Shown: in pieces, positions 28,070-38,398 of the stretch
How the letters are laid out: every line of letters starts with the position of its first letter
Numbering within the stretch: the first letter of the stretch is position 1
Origin: Candidatus Latescibacterota bacterium
GTDB taxonomy: Bacteria; Latescibacterota; UBA2968
DNA length: 64,000 nucleotides
Reading direction: 5' to 3'
Assembly: GCA_965207885.1 (NCBI GenBank)
Contig: OZ242311.1
Coordinates: 6,164,722 to 6,228,721, forward strand
Program-made: the position numbers and the translations under genes
Notes under the pieces: model-generated
Databases searched by the model: none
What the model was told of the DNA's origin: nothing
What the model saw: only the letters and a program-made list of their open reading frames with translations

Positions 28070-29350
28070 ATGGACAAGCTGAATGTTTTTGGTGGTGGTC
28101 TTTCCTATCCGTTAGGTGGGGAAAACCGCCTTACCTATGCTCTGATGAACCTGATACGCATCTCGCCGATCATTCGTGCGGCATTTCTGGACCTCGTCCG
28201 GGACAAGCAGGAGCAACCGATACCTGCATTGACGGCCTTAAGAGAGCGTGAGTGCGTCGTTCAAACGCAGACCGGAGAGCTGTCCGCACAGGAAGGACGC
28301 CTTGTGGCTATTGGAATCACCGCTGAGGGAAATGATGTCGATGCCGACATCCAGCGGAAGGATAGAAGAGCGATATACGACGGCGTAGTGACCTTTATCG
28401 CACCAGAGAACCGGCAGCATCAGCAGGAGAGTTTGATCCTCACTGTCGAGAGCAAACTCGGTTCCGAAGTCGGAGCGTGGCAGTTGATGCCGAGTACGGC
28501 GAGTTTGGGTAACCAGATCATGGAAGATCCACAGGCAGTGATTCTGGCATGGCGGGATATCGTCAGTACGCTCACCGACCTTGAACTAAGAGGGTTGGTC
28601 AGTCCCGCAGAGAGGGTGCTCATCCGAGACTTCATTGATTATGTTGCAGCCAACCATTCAGTGCTCAATCCATTCGAGCACTTCGCGGTATGTAGAGACG
28701 TCTTGCACCTCCTCAATCGGCGATGTGAAGCGATCCTGCGGGAGATTTGCCCAACTGTGGCACGGCATGGATCGTCGCCTATCATCGCTGTGGAATTTCC
28801 CTCTTTCAAGCAGATTTGGCTCTGGGCAGAACAGGATGATGCAGGATCATGGCAAATTAAACTCGGTCTCTATCCAGGGGATACTATGACACAGGCACAG
28901 GAGTTCTGGCTGAAGGTTAATACAGGGCAGCTCTTGGCGTTGCACACAGATTGGCGACTGAAGCCGAATCTGCATTTCTCTTACATAGCAACACATCTGC
29001 ACCGGGCAGACACGCTACTTGCGGTAAGCGATTACATTGAATTTTGGAAGTTCCGCGAGATGAAGATTACCTCTCTCTCCCGAGACGGTGCAGATTCTTA
29101 CGGCCACAACTGGAACCGTATGGGTGCCAGAGGCTTGATTTCTCCCGCTGACGTGGAGCCACTTGAAGAAAAGACGACCCGGACAAAACGCGATCGAATC
29201 TCCATGTCACCCGGCCTCGATATTAGCTACACATGGTCGGCGGAGCGAGCCTCCCAACTCGATAGAGATGGTGCCTTTGTGTGTGAGGTCAAAGAAAGGA
29301 TCCGTGAGGCGACCGAGACCTGGGGTGAAGTTCCCGATTTCTGTATTTAA
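28070..29350 (+). CDS. Hypothetical protein with an N-terminal PD-(D/E)XK nuclease-like motif
   Basis: ENRLTYAL...YDGVV...TVESK; 426 aa with a G-rich SD. Confidence 0.55.
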   Translation: MDKLNVFGGGLSYPLGGENRLTYALMNLIRISPIIRAAFLDLVRDKQEQPIPALTALRERECVVQTQTGELSAQEGRLVAIGITAEGNDVDADIQRKDRRAIYDGVVTFIAPENRQHQQESLILTVESKLGSEVGAWQLMPSTASLGNQIMEDPQAVILAWRDIVSTLTDLELRGLVSPAERVLIRDFIDYVAANHSVLNPFEHFAVCRDVLHLLNRRCEAILREICPTVARHGSSPIIAVEFPSFKQIWLWAEQDDAGSWQIKLGLYPGDTMTQAQEFWLKVNTGQLLALHTDWRLKPNLHFSYIATHLHRADTLLAVSDYIEFWKFREMKITSLSRDGADSYGHNWNRMGARGLISPADVEPLEEKTTRTKRDRISMSPGLDISYTWSAERASQLDRDGAFVCEVKERIREATETWGEVPDFCI

Positions 29351-29444
29351 GAAGTAGTCCTTGAACTGATGCCATTGCCGGCGTGATGAGCTTCCAAACC
29401 GAATTTTTTTATGACGAAATGTCCAATTATGGTATAATACGCAT

Positions 29445-29738
29445 ATGAGAATTATTTCACGCAGGGCTTTGAGAGAATTTTGGAGAACGCATGCAGATTC
29501 CGAACAGCCGCTTAAAGCCTGGTATGCCAATGTGAAACGGGCCGATTGGAAAACGCCATCCGATGTAAAAGCCACATATCGAAATGCCAGTTTTGTCGAA
29601 AACAATCGGGTGATATTCAACATCAAGGGTAATGCCTACCGTTTAGTCGCGGCAATTGATTATCAATACGGTATCGTTTATATTCGATTTGTTGGTACAC
29701 ACCAGATATATAATAAAATCAACACAGCCACGATATGA
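29445..29738 (+). CDS. higB: HigB-family toxin
   Basis: MRIISRRALREFW...VIFNIKGNAYRL...FVGTH; TGgTATAAT ends 6 nt before the ATG. Confidence 0.9.
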   Translation: MRIISRRALREFWRTHADSEQPLKAWYANVKRADWKTPSDVKATYRNASFVENNRVIFNIKGNAYRLVAAIDYQYGIVYIRFVGTHQIYNKINTATI

Positions 29739-29748
29739 GGTGATAACC

Positions 29749-30129
29749 ATGGATATTAAACCCATCAAAACCGAATCAGACCATGAAGCCGCTTTGAGAG
29801 AGATCGAACGGCTTTGGGGAGCAACTCATGGTTCGCCAGAAGGTGATAAACTCGATGTTTTGGTCACGCTCGTTGAAGTTTATGAACAGAAGCACTACTC
29901 TATCCCGCCACCGGATCCAATTGAGGCAATCCTTCACCACATGGAGAGTCAAGGTTTATCTCATAGTGATCTTGAACCCTACCTGGGTTCAGGCACCAGT
30001 GTGTCAGAGGTTTTGAATCGAAAATGCTCACTGTCACTGAACATGATTCGCAAGTTGCATAAGGGTCTTGGAATTTCGGCGGATATTTTGGTTCAGCCTT
30101 ATGAGTGCTCTTTGAAAAAAATTTATTGA
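29749..30129 (+). CDS. higA: HigA-family antitoxin
   Basis: MDIKPIKTESDHEAAL...PDPIEAI...LSLNMIRKL; GAGGTG SD. Confidence 0.9.
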   Translation: MDIKPIKTESDHEAALREIERLWGATHGSPEGDKLDVLVTLVEVYEQKHYSIPPPDPIEAILHHMESQGLSHSDLEPYLGSGTSVSEVLNRKCSLSLNMIRKLHKGLGISADILVQPYECSLKKIY

Positions 30130-30165
30130 TATGTTTTTCTGATAGACTGGATTGCAACGAATCTT

Positions 30166-31962
30166 TCACTGAAACGCGATGCGATAAGTCAATGTATTTT
30201 CAGCATTGATGTACGCCGTCACGACCTGGCGATCACCGGATTTGAGATCGGTATCGGAAAAAGTGAGCGCGTTTTCGGTTTCAATACAGAGAGAAACATC
30301 ACCGCGCGTGAGAACCGCCCCGTTCTTTTTTGTATCCATATCCCCTTTCAGAAGCGGGAGGACCTCGGTAAAGGCACCGGGGTAATTGACAGAAACCGTA
30401 ATCGCATCGCTGGCAAAAAGAATCGTCTTGCTACCACTTTCTCCCAGAGGATAGGTAATCTCGAGATCGCCACCGGGCAGGTCGCGGATGCCGGGTCGCG
30501 GTATGACCGGATCCCCATCAATCCGAAAAACAGCGGCAATATCGGCCTTTTCGCAGAGCGTACCATTGACAACCGTCCCCCAGGCAGCATGATCTGTATC
30601 CGTTTGAGACTGCAGAACAGCACCAGCGCGAGGATGCCAGAGCAACCCCAGCCCATACCGCTGTTGGGCACTCAGCACAGGCCCCGTATTAAAAGCAACG
30701 TAATAGGTTGGACGACGGACAAAAGTAAAAACCACCGGATGGCGGCTGTCAACCCGCTGGTGTGTGAAGTGGTCTCGTGCGATATACGGCAACATCGCAG
30801 TGGCCGCTTTTTTTTGTTCCGGCGCGGGATACCATGTAATGTGATCCCGATGCAAAAACGCATAAGGCGTAAAAGCCCAAAATTCACCGACCTGGAGCGG
30901 CGCAACAGAGGGCCAATTGGCTTCAAGGCGGGCGCGCGCATCTGCAATATCCCGTGCATGTGCCTCAGCCGTACGCCCATAAGCGCGGGGCAACTCGAGT
31001 ACTTCACCGAGCGCAGTCGTGTCGATATCCCCAGAATTAGACCTCTCGGCACCGCCGAGATTGGCGCGATACTCAGTGAGAAAAGCTCTCTGCTGGCGGG
31101 TTTCAATACCGCGGTTGAGCGCGTAACCCGTACCATCGGGTTCGCGCACGGCATTGTAGGAAAACCAATCGTACCAGCGCTGTTCTTTCTCCAGAAAAAC
31201 AGATGCCCGATCCGTGCCGCGAGCATAGTGATAGGCAACGTGGATATCGCTGTGGTGAGTACCGAGAAAATAGCCCCAATCGGGACCGCTACGCTCGTAA
31301 AAATAACCTGCTGGACTCTGAAATTCCGTCAGACTATCTTCAAGACGCTGATCGAGCAAGCGTTCCAGTTCTGCATCGGGAAAGAGGTTGAGATACGCCA
31401 GCGCACCGCCCCAGGCATTGGCGTACTGATTGGTAAAGTTGCGACCCTGGGTTTGCAATTCATCAATAGTAAAAGTGGCGTAGAGTGCTTTGTGGTCGGC
31501 GGCTATGACGCGCTCGTGCAGGGCTGAATCAATGGCCGGACCGCTGTCAAGCAGGTGGAGGGTTTGCCCCATAAACTTTGTGGCAAAAGCAGTGGCGGCG
31601 AGATTCCAATTGCCGGGACCGTACTCGCTAAAACGCCCATCCCCGTTTTGAATGCCGCACCAGAAGTCGAGCGCAGCTTCGAGACGCTGGCGCAGGTCGG
31701 GCTGTGCGTAAAACACATTCCAGGGGCGGTCGGTGCAATAAAAGAAAGCCAGCGCCAGAATATTCTCCATAATACGCGCATTGTGCGGTTTATTATCCTT
31801 CGGATTCCGCCAGACCGAAATATTGATAAAGCCGCGATCGGGGCCGTACATCTCAACAGCATTGGCAACCCGGTGAAAATGCGACAAATAATAGGGCAAA
31901 TCGAGTTCGCCATCGGCAAAGTCGGCTGGTGAAAAATCAGCAACAGGCGCGGGATTAAGCAT
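30166..31962 (-). CDS. Hypothetical protein, probable alpha/alpha-toroid (lyase/glycosidase-like)
   Basis: 598 aa, AGGAG SD, QNGDGRF and QSPAGYFYE repeats. Confidence 0.6.
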   Translation of the reverse strand: MLNPAPVADFSPADFADGELDLPYYLSHFHRVANAVEMYGPDRGFINISVWRNPKDNKPHNARIMENILALAFFYCTDRPWNVFYAQPDLRQRLEAALDFWCGIQNGDGRFSEYGPGNWNLAATAFATKFMGQTLHLLDSGPAIDSALHERVIAADHKALYATFTIDELQTQGRNFTNQYANAWGGALAYLNLFPDAELERLLDQRLEDSLTEFQSPAGYFYERSGPDWGYFLGTHHSDIHVAYHYARGTDRASVFLEKEQRWYDWFSYNAVREPDGTGYALNRGIETRQQRAFLTEYRANLGGAERSNSGDIDTTALGEVLELPRAYGRTAEAHARDIADARARLEANWPSVAPLQVGEFWAFTPYAFLHRDHITWYPAPEQKKAATAMLPYIARDHFTHQRVDSRHPVVFTFVRRPTYYVAFNTGPVLSAQQRYGLGLLWHPRAGAVLQSQTDTDHAAWGTVVNGTLCEKADIAAVFRIDGDPVIPRPGIRDLPGGDLEITYPLGESGSKTILFASDAITVSVNYPGAFTEVLPLLKGDMDTKKNGAVLTRGDVSLCIETENALTFSDTDLKSGDRQVVTAYINAENTLTYRIAFQ

Positions 31963-32015
31963 GAATCAACTCCTTTGTTTAACGATTCGTCGAAGAGAGC
32001 AAACCATTGAAAAAT

Positions 32016-32049
32016 AAAAAAGCGGTGATCCGAAGACCACCGCTTTTTT
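32016..32049. terminator. Intrinsic terminator with A/T tails on both sides
   Basis: AAAAAAGCGGTG...CACCGCTTTTTT. Confidence 0.8.
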
Positions 32050-32066
32050 GCGTTTATCGCGAACAC

Positions 32067-33185
32067 TTATTTATCGCGATGTAAAATCTGTCGCAAACGC
32101 CCGACTTCGCGTTGCAGATAATTGATATGTTGATAAACCGCTGCATCTTTGGGCTTCACCAGAGGCGCTGGACGCAAAGCGACCAGAGCAGCGCTATCCA
32201 TCTGATCCAGCTCGACTTGTATCGCCACCACCTGTCCCTCGCGTCGAATACCTATCGTTGCGGTCTCGCCCGGCGTACTTTCCAGCACCATCCGCTTCAA
32301 ATGCACTGGACCACCAATGGCGCGCCCACGATATGAAAGCACCACATCGCCCGGCTGAATCCCGCCCTCAGTTGCAGGACTATTCGGCTGCACATTGACC
32401 ACCACCACCTCGTTGCCCCGTGGTGCAACCTCCACACCCAGTTTGCCATACGCCATTTGCCCATGTGCAACCAGCGCGCGCGCCACCCGCATCGCGCGAT
32501 TGATCGGAATGACAAAAACCGACGACGGCAGGGAGGTCCATCCAAATAGAGAACCATCGTCTTGAGTAACGGTGCGAATCGGGTCTTCATAGCGCCACAC
32601 CATACCCCCAACCCGTCCATTACCGCAAAACACGGGAGCCCCGCCATAACTGCTCTGCACGCGGGCCGACACCTGAAACAAATCCCTATCCCGATAGATT
32701 CCGTACACCATCCCAACAGAAGGCACCAGATTGCCAAAGTCATTGCCCAACAAAAGGGCGTAATGCCCAATTTTAATATACTGTGAATCTCCCACCACAA
32801 CCGTGGGCAAATTCTCTGCCTCAACGCGAATAACAGCAATCCCCGAAATCGGATCTGCCCCCACGAGCGCCGCCCGCACCTGCACGCCAGAAGCCAGCGT
32901 CACCCGAATCTCATCGGCATCTGCAATAGCGGCTTCAATCGTTAAAATATAACCCTGGGGATCAAAAATAAACCCCGTGCCGTGGGTAAACACCGAACCA
33001 AACGGCCCGCTATCTGCCCGCGCACGGGGAGGATAGAGCGTGTGAATCCGCACCACACTCTGCCGATTATCTTCCAAAATTGCAGCAATTTCCTCTTCAA
33101 GCGTGCACAACAGGCTGCGTTCTTCCGTCCATCCCCTGCCCACAAAGAGCAGGCACAACGCCATTGTGCAACACAAAGATCTCAT
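32067..33185 (-). CDS. HtrA/DegP-like trypsin+PDZ protein, catalytic triad apparently lost
   Basis: Signal peptide, GTGFIFDPQGYILT, PDZ (SPATEGGIQPGDVV). The triad motifs are degenerate. Confidence 0.8.
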   Translation of the reverse strand: MRSLCCTMALCLLFVGRGWTEERSLLCTLEEEIAAILEDNRQSVVRIHTLYPPRARADSGPFGSVFTHGTGFIFDPQGYILTIEAAIADADEIRVTLASGVQVRAALVGADPISGIAVIRVEAENLPTVVVGDSQYIKIGHYALLLGNDFGNLVPSVGMVYGIYRDRDLFQVSARVQSSYGGAPVFCGNGRVGGMVWRYEDPIRTVTQDDGSLFGWTSLPSSVFVIPINRAMRVARALVAHGQMAYGKLGVEVAPRGNEVVVVNVQPNSPATEGGIQPGDVVLSYRGRAIGGPVHLKRMVLESTPGETATIGIRREGQVVAIQVELDQMDSAALVALRPAPLVKPKDAAVYQHINYLQREVGRLRQILHRDK

Positions 33186-33217
33186 AATCCCGCCTCTCTC
33201 CACTTGTCGAGTCAACG

Positions 33218-33814
33218 TCAAAATGAATACGAAACGGGAACTTGTTTCACGCGGCGCAAATCGCGCATATCCGATGGCAGTTGCTTCAACCGCGATGCGG
33301 AATCCACACGCGCCGAATCCCGATAATGACGAGAATCCAGACTATAAGACTCCTTGGACAAACGCTCCAATTCCAGAGCACCAACATCAACACTCGGCAA
33401 TATCTGGCCCTTCATCAGTGGAATTTCCGAACGCTCCACTGCCACTTGCGGCACCGGTGTTGTATCGCCATGGAAAACCGCCTGAGTCAACCCCAGGCCG
33501 ATCACCACAGCCGCAGCCAGTGTTGTAATCTTCCGCGAGACAGAAGAAAACATTGCGCGACGTGCCTTGTTCAAAGGGTGTTTTTCTTTTGCCATAGCCA
33601 TTGCCAAATGGCTGCGCAAGGTAAAATCAAACTCAGCCGATGGGCGCACCTGTGGCAATTGCGCCAGGCGCTCCCTCAAAGTTTGCACATCGGCCAACAA
33701 AGTGCGACAATGCTCGCACTCGGCGGCTTTGCGCTCCATTTCCGCCATCTCAACCGGACTCATTTCGCCATCTACATAAGCCGAAACTCGCGCTTCAAAA
33801 TCGGTAACGGTCAT
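33218..33814 (-). CDS. Membrane anti-sigma factor (zf-HC2-like)
   Basis: SAYVDGEM...ECEHC with one TM helix; directly downstream of the ECF sigma; GAGG SD. Confidence 0.8.
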   Translation of the reverse strand: MTVTDFEARVSAYVDGEMSPVEMAEMERKAAECEHCRTLLADVQTLRERLAQLPQVRPSAEFDFTLRSHLAMAMAKEKHPLNKARRAMFSSVSRKITTLAAAVVIGLGLTQAVFHGDTTPVPQVAVERSEIPLMKGQILPSVDVGALELERLSKESYSLDSRHYRDSARVDSASRLKQLPSDMRDLRRVKQVPVSYSF

Positions 33815-33852
33815 GTCTATATTTTACCTCCGAGCAGGGTTTCCGGGATGTC

Positions 33853-34464
33853 TTAGACATTCAGGCCCACATCCCGACCTTCATTTTTCAATTTTTGTTG
33901 TAATTTTAAGCGCCCGCGATTGACGCGCGATTTCACCGTCCCAACCGGACACTTCACAATTTCAGAAATCTCGTAATACGACATACCTTCCACATCGCGC
34001 AACAAAATCACCTGGCGGTAATTATCGGGCAACGAAGCAATGGCATTCTGAATCTCCACATCGGCCAGAGAAGATTCCGCCATGCGATCGGGACGCATAG
34101 ATTCATCGGGCAAATCCATGCCCGTATCTGACTCCTCGTCTCGATCCAGTGAAAACAACCGCCATCGCTTGCGCCTCCTCAACTCACTTTTGGCCAAATT
34201 TCCGGCAATCGTAAACAGCCAGGTAGAAAAATTGGCAATTGCACGGTATTCCTCGCGCTTTCCAAACGCGCGCAAAAACGCCTCTTGCACGATATCTTCT
34301 GCTGTTTCCCGATCGCTCACAAAGCGAAAAACAAAATTGTACAACCGCCCTTGATAGCGCCGCACAATTTTTCCATAAGCATCAATATCTCCAGCAGATA
34401 CTTCAGCTAAAATCTCCACATCGGGTTGTTCGCCAAGTCCATATCTCGAATTTGCCATAAGCAT
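33853..34464 (-). CDS. ECF sigma factor (RpoE/SigW-like)
   Basis: AEDIVQEAF, FSTWLFTIAGN, GTVKSRVNRGR; GGAGG SD before ATG 34464. Confidence 0.92.
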   Translation of the reverse strand: MLMANSRYGLGEQPDVEILAEVSAGDIDAYGKIVRRYQGRLYNFVFRFVSDRETAEDIVQEAFLRAFGKREEYRAIANFSTWLFTIAGNLAKSELRRRKRWRLFSLDRDEESDTGMDLPDESMRPDRMAESSLADVEIQNAIASLPDNYRQVILLRDVEGMSYYEISEIVKCPVGTVKSRVNRGRLKLQQKLKNEGRDVGLNV

Positions 34465-34530
34465 GGAATTCCTCCCCTTCGGGCATGTATTCCCCCTCCC
34501 ATCCCAAAGCTTTACATCCTCAATCCTACT

Positions 34531-34560
34531 ATTAAACCCCCCATGCACCGTCAGGGTTCC
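34531..34560 (-). promoter_or_regulatory. Candidate ECF autoregulatory promoter
   Basis: GGAACC, about 17 nt, GTTTAAT upstream of the ECF gene; resembles the GGAAC/GT ECF consensus. Confidence 0.45.
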
Positions 34561-34670
34561 CAAAAATACGCGCCGACTGTTTTTCCACATTGCGCCTTCG
34601 TCAATCCCGTCTTATATTCATCACCCCAAATCCGAAACTGATGACATTCATAAGAAAGCGAGGAACCCCG

Positions 34671-36665
34671 ATGGCAGCAAATCAGGTCGTCGAACAAAAC
34701 GGACAATACATCCCACCGCAAAATCTCAGCACCAATGCACATGTCCCCAGCATAGATGCCTACGGGAAACAATACGAAAAATCAATTGCCGATCCCGAAG
34801 CATTCTGGGTAGAAATTGCCAATACATTTCACTGGTACAAAAAATGGGACACCGTGCGGTCCTACAACTACAATATAGATAACGGGCCGATCTCTATCAA
34901 GTGGTTTGAAGGGGCCAGAACCAACATCACGTACAACTGCATTGACCGTCACCTCGCGTCTCGAGGAGATCAAGTCGCCATCTTATGGGAAGGCAATGAG
35001 CCTGGTGAAGACGCCAAACTCACCTATAGTGAACTGCATGAACAAGTCTGCAAATTTGCCAACGTACTCAAATCTCGAGGCGTAAAAAAAGGCGACTGCG
35101 TCTCCATCTACATGCCCATGATCCCCGAACTCGCCATCGCTATGCTGGCCTGCGCGCGCATCGGCGCTGTCCACTCCATCGTCTTTGGCGGCTTCTCTGC
35201 CGAAGCACTGGCAGACCGCATCGTCGATTCCGCCTGCCAGATCGTACTCACCACAGATGGCATGTTCCGAGGCGACCGCCCCATGGAACGCAAGCAACCC
35301 GCCGACGAAGCCATCGCATTAGCCAACTCGCGCATGGGCAACATTAGTGTTCACACCTGCATCGTGGTCCAGCGCGTAGGTGAAGACAGTGGCATCGCAT
35401 GTCCCATGCGTGAAGGACGCGACTTATGGTGGCACGAAGCCATGTCAGAAGCTGATGCCGACTGCCCCTGCGAAGAAATGGACGCCGAAGACCCGCTCTT
35501 CATCCTCTATACATCTGGCTCTACCGGCAAACCCAAAGGCGTACAGCACAACGTAGGTGGCTACATGGTGTACACGGGCTACACGCACAAAAACGTCTTT
35601 GACTATCAGGATGGCGACATCTACTTTTGCGCCGCCGACATAGGCTGGATCACAGGTCACTCCTACATCATCTACGGACCCTTATCAAATGCCGCCACCA
35701 CCATCATGTTTGAAAGCACGCCCGTCTATCCCGACCCGGGCCGATATTGGCAGGTCATCGACAAATACAAAGTCAACCAATTCTACACTGCGCCCACAGC
35801 CATACGCGCCCTCACCCGAGAAGGCGACGAATGGCCCGCCAAATACGACCTGTCATCCCTCAAAATACTCGGCACTGTGGGCGAACCCATCAATCCCGAA
35901 GCCTGGCAATGGTATCACCGCAATATCGGGAGAGAGCGGTGTCCCATCGTAGATACCTGGTGGCAAACCGAAACCGGGGGCATCCTCATCAGTCCCCTGC
36001 CCGGTGCAACCCCCACCAAACCCGGATCCGCGACTTTTCCCCTCTACGGCATCAAACCCGTGGTCCTCGAACCCGAATCGGGCAAAATCGTCGAAGGCAA
36101 TGGCGTAGATGGCGTACTCGCCATCTCAGAACCCTGGCCGGGACAAATGCGCACCGTCTATGGCGATCACAAACGCTTTGAAGAAACCTACTTCCAGCAA
36201 TACAAAGGCTTCTACTTCACCGGTGACGGCTGTCGTCGAGATGAAGACGGCTACTACTGGATCACCGGCCGCGTAGATGACGTCATCAATATCTCGGGCC
36301 ACCGCATGGGCACCGCCGAAGTCGAAAGCGCCCTGGTCTCACACGGAAAAGTGGCCGAAGCCGCTGTAGTGGGTTTCCCACACGAAATCAAAGGACAGGG
36401 CATCTATGCCTACGTCACCCTCAACGTGGGCGAAGCCTATACCGACGACCTCAAAGCCGAACTCGTCCAACAAGTCCGCACCGAAATCGGCCCCATCGCC
36501 ACCCCGGACGTAATCCACTGGGCACCGGGCTTACCCAAAACGCGATCGGGCAAAATCATGCGCCGAATCCTGCGCAAAATCGCCGAAGACGACACCTCGG
36601 ACCTCGGCGACACCTCCACCCTCGCCGACCCAACCGTCGTTGACGACCTCCTCGCCAACCGGTAG
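34671..36665 (+). CDS. acs: Acetyl-CoA synthetase
   Basis: [32 protein letters not shown]; GAGG SD before ATG 34671. Confidence 0.96.
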   Translation: MAANQVVEQNGQYIPPQNLSTNAHVPSIDAYGKQYEKSIADPEAFWVEIANTFHWYKKWDTVRSYNYNIDNGPISIKWFEGARTNITYNCIDRHLASRGDQVAILWEGNEPGEDAKLTYSELHEQVCKFANVLKSRGVKKGDCVSIYMPMIPELAIAMLACARIGAVHSIVFGGFSAEALADRIVDSACQIVLTTDGMFRGDRPMERKQPADEAIALANSRMGNISVHTCIVVQRVGEDSGIACPMREGRDLWWHEAMSEADADCPCEEMDAEDPLFILYTSGSTGKPKGVQHNVGGYMVYTGYTHKNVFDYQDGDIYFCAADIGWITGHSYIIYGPLSNAATTIMFESTPVYPDPGRYWQVIDKYKVNQFYTAPTAIRALTREGDEWPAKYDLSSLKILGTVGEPINPEAWQWYHRNIGRERCPIVDTWWQTETGGILISPLPGATPTKPGSATFPLYGIKPVVLEPESGKIVEGNGVDGVLAISEPWPGQMRTVYGDHKRFEETYFQQYKGFYFTGDGCRRDEDGYYWITGRVDDVINISGHRMGTAEVESALVSHGKVAEAAVVGFPHEIKGQGIYAYVTLNVGEAYTDDLKAELVQQVRTEIGPIATPDVIHWAPGLPKTRSGKIMRRILRKIAEDDTSDLGDTSTLADPTVVDDLLANR

Positions 36666-36670
36666 GATAC

Positions 36671-36704
36671 AAAAAAGCGGGCACAAAATCGTGCCCGCTT
36701 TTTT
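36671..36704. terminator. Bidirectional intrinsic terminator between convergent genes
   Basis: AAAAAAGCGGGCAC...GTGCCCGCTTTTTT. Confidence 0.85.
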
Positions 36705-36718
36705 AATCAACCATCATC

Positions 36719-37684
36719 TCACGGCACTGCGTCATCTAACATATGTTCAAATGCTTCAAGACTGGACACCTGGACCGCCGAGCGGAGCACCTGTTTGAGG
36801 CGTTGCAAATCTTCAATGGCGGCAATGCGAGCAGATAGGGGATCTGTCGCGCGGAGATCAAATCGAATCTCCAACACATCAAGAATATCTGCAATAGCGC
36901 GGTCTCTTTCACCTCGCTTAAGGCCCTGCTCAAGGCCCTGCTCAAGGCCCTGCTCAAGGCCCTGCTCAAGGCCCTCTTCTCTGGCTTCCTCTCTGCTTTG
37001 TTGGGTAAGGGATTGAAAAAGAGATGATTCGCGCAAGATGTCCATGATGCCCTCCTTGAAAATAATATTAGAAATCGTTTCAGACGCATATACCAACTCG
37101 CTCAACGCCACCATCCCTGCCAGATAATCCGCCCTATATGACCGAGCGATGGGACGCGTCCGAGCCGTGTGAATACACTGATGCAACCACGCATCCGAAG
37201 CCATCCCTTCAGGTGGCTTCATCAATGGCGTGAAGGGTATCAGACCCGATTGCCCCGATTCGAGGACGCGCTCGCCTTCTATCTCAATCAGTCTGATCAC
37301 GCGATACCGAATTGTGATTTCGTAGTCAAGATGCGCCTGGACATAGTACCCGGTATCGTGCTGCCCCGCATTGGGACGCAAGTAGATCACATTGGAATAG
37401 ATCGGCAGACCGTGTTGCCGAATAGCATGTCCAATATAGCCTGCCATGCGACGCGGCATAGGTGGATTGGTGCTGTCAGTCGTTTGAAACTCGTTGTGGA
37501 CCAATACCTCCTCACCATCGATACGCACGCGAATCAGGCTGTCGGTTTGGCGTGCTTCAACAGTGTATTGCTCTGTGTCAATGACTGCAAGAACTTCAAC
37601 ATCCTCGCGCCCGAGGGTGAATCCGGCAAAGTCGTCGGGATATTTCTGAATCAGGTGTTTGGATATCGTATCAAATTCTGCCAT
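36719..37684 (-). CDS. Rpn/YhgA-like PD-(D/E)XK family protein
   Basis: FDTISK, RQTDSL...HNEFQT...MPRRMAGY, C-terminal (GLEQ)n repeats. Confidence 0.8.
   Translation of the reverse strand: MAEFDTISKHLIQKYPDDFAGFTLGREDVEVLAVIDTEQYTVEARQTDSLIRVRIDGEEVLVHNEFQTTDSTNPPMPRRMAGYIGHAIRQHGLPIYSNVIYLRPNAGQHDTGYYVQAHLDYEITIRYRVIRLIEIEGERVLESGQSGLIPFTPLMKPPEGMASDAWLHQCIHTARTRPIARSYRADYLAGMVALSELVYASETISNIIFKEGIMDILRESSLFQSLTQQSREEAREEGLEQGLEQGLEQGLEQGLKRGERDRAIADILDVLEIRFDLRATDPLSARIAAIEDLQRLKQVLRSAVQVSSLEAFEHMLDDAVP
36920..36975. repeat. 12-bp tandem repeat (about 4.7 copies) encoding GLEQ
   Basis: AAGGCCCTGCTC x4 plus a partial copy. Confidence 0.9.
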
Positions 37685-37968
37685 GTGAGATGCCTTGGTC
37701 TGAAAGTTGGTCGTATTTTGGACAAACGCAACAATCAGAACTCAAGCAAATATCAGGCCAATTATCACAGAATTGAGCGATAAATTGCATATAAGCATCT
37801 CATTATGCTTTCAATATGCGGTATTGCGCTGTGGTTCACAACTTGAATTTAAATCCGCAGATGGACGCAGGCATGTCCCTGTGAAAACAGGGATGGGCAC
37901 AGATGAAAGGCGAGACGGTAAATTTTGAGCCATGAACAGGCGACATAGTGAAAGATATGTGCCACTTG

Positions 37969-38029
37969 CCCGATATTGGGAGAGCGGCATAGAATAGGCT
38001 GATGCGGTGGACCGACGCTTGTGTTCTTC
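37969..38029 (+). repeat. Decayed copy of the cupin-gene terminator region (repeat F; partner 38788-38847)
   Basis: About 80% identical over about 60 bp, one gap. Confidence 0.75.
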
Positions 38030-38074
38030 AAATTTCACTTTGACAAAAACTAACATATTTGATATGTATATAAA

Positions 38075-38398
38075 ATGAAATTCGAAATCACATACTACAG
38101 CGACATACTACAGCGAGATATTTTGCGCTTTCCTCCCGGCATCCGAGCGCGTTATTTTCTTTTAACCGACAGAATGGAAAAATTTGGTCCCAATCTTGGA
38201 ATGCCGCACACGCGAGCAATGGGTAACGGTTTATTCGAGCTCAGATTGAGAGCGAAGGAAGGTATCGCCCGTGTGTTTTTCTGCACCATAGTCAACCGAA
38301 AAATTGTGATGTTGCACAGCTTCGTCAAGAAATCTCAGCAAACACCTAAAAGAGACCTCGATATTGCCATCCAAAGAATGAGGGAAATCAAACAATGA
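38075..38398 (+). CDS. RelE/ParE-family (Gp49/HigB-like) toxin
   Basis: GPNLGMPHTRAMGNGLFELR...MLHSFVKKSQQTP; TTGACA and the palindrome ACATAT-TTG-ATATGT lie upstream. Confidence 0.9.
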   Translation: MKFEITYYSDILQRDILRFPPGIRARYFLLTDRMEKFGPNLGMPHTRAMGNGLFELRLRAKEGIARVFFCTIVNRKIVMLHSFVKKSQQTPKRDLDIAIQRMREIKQ

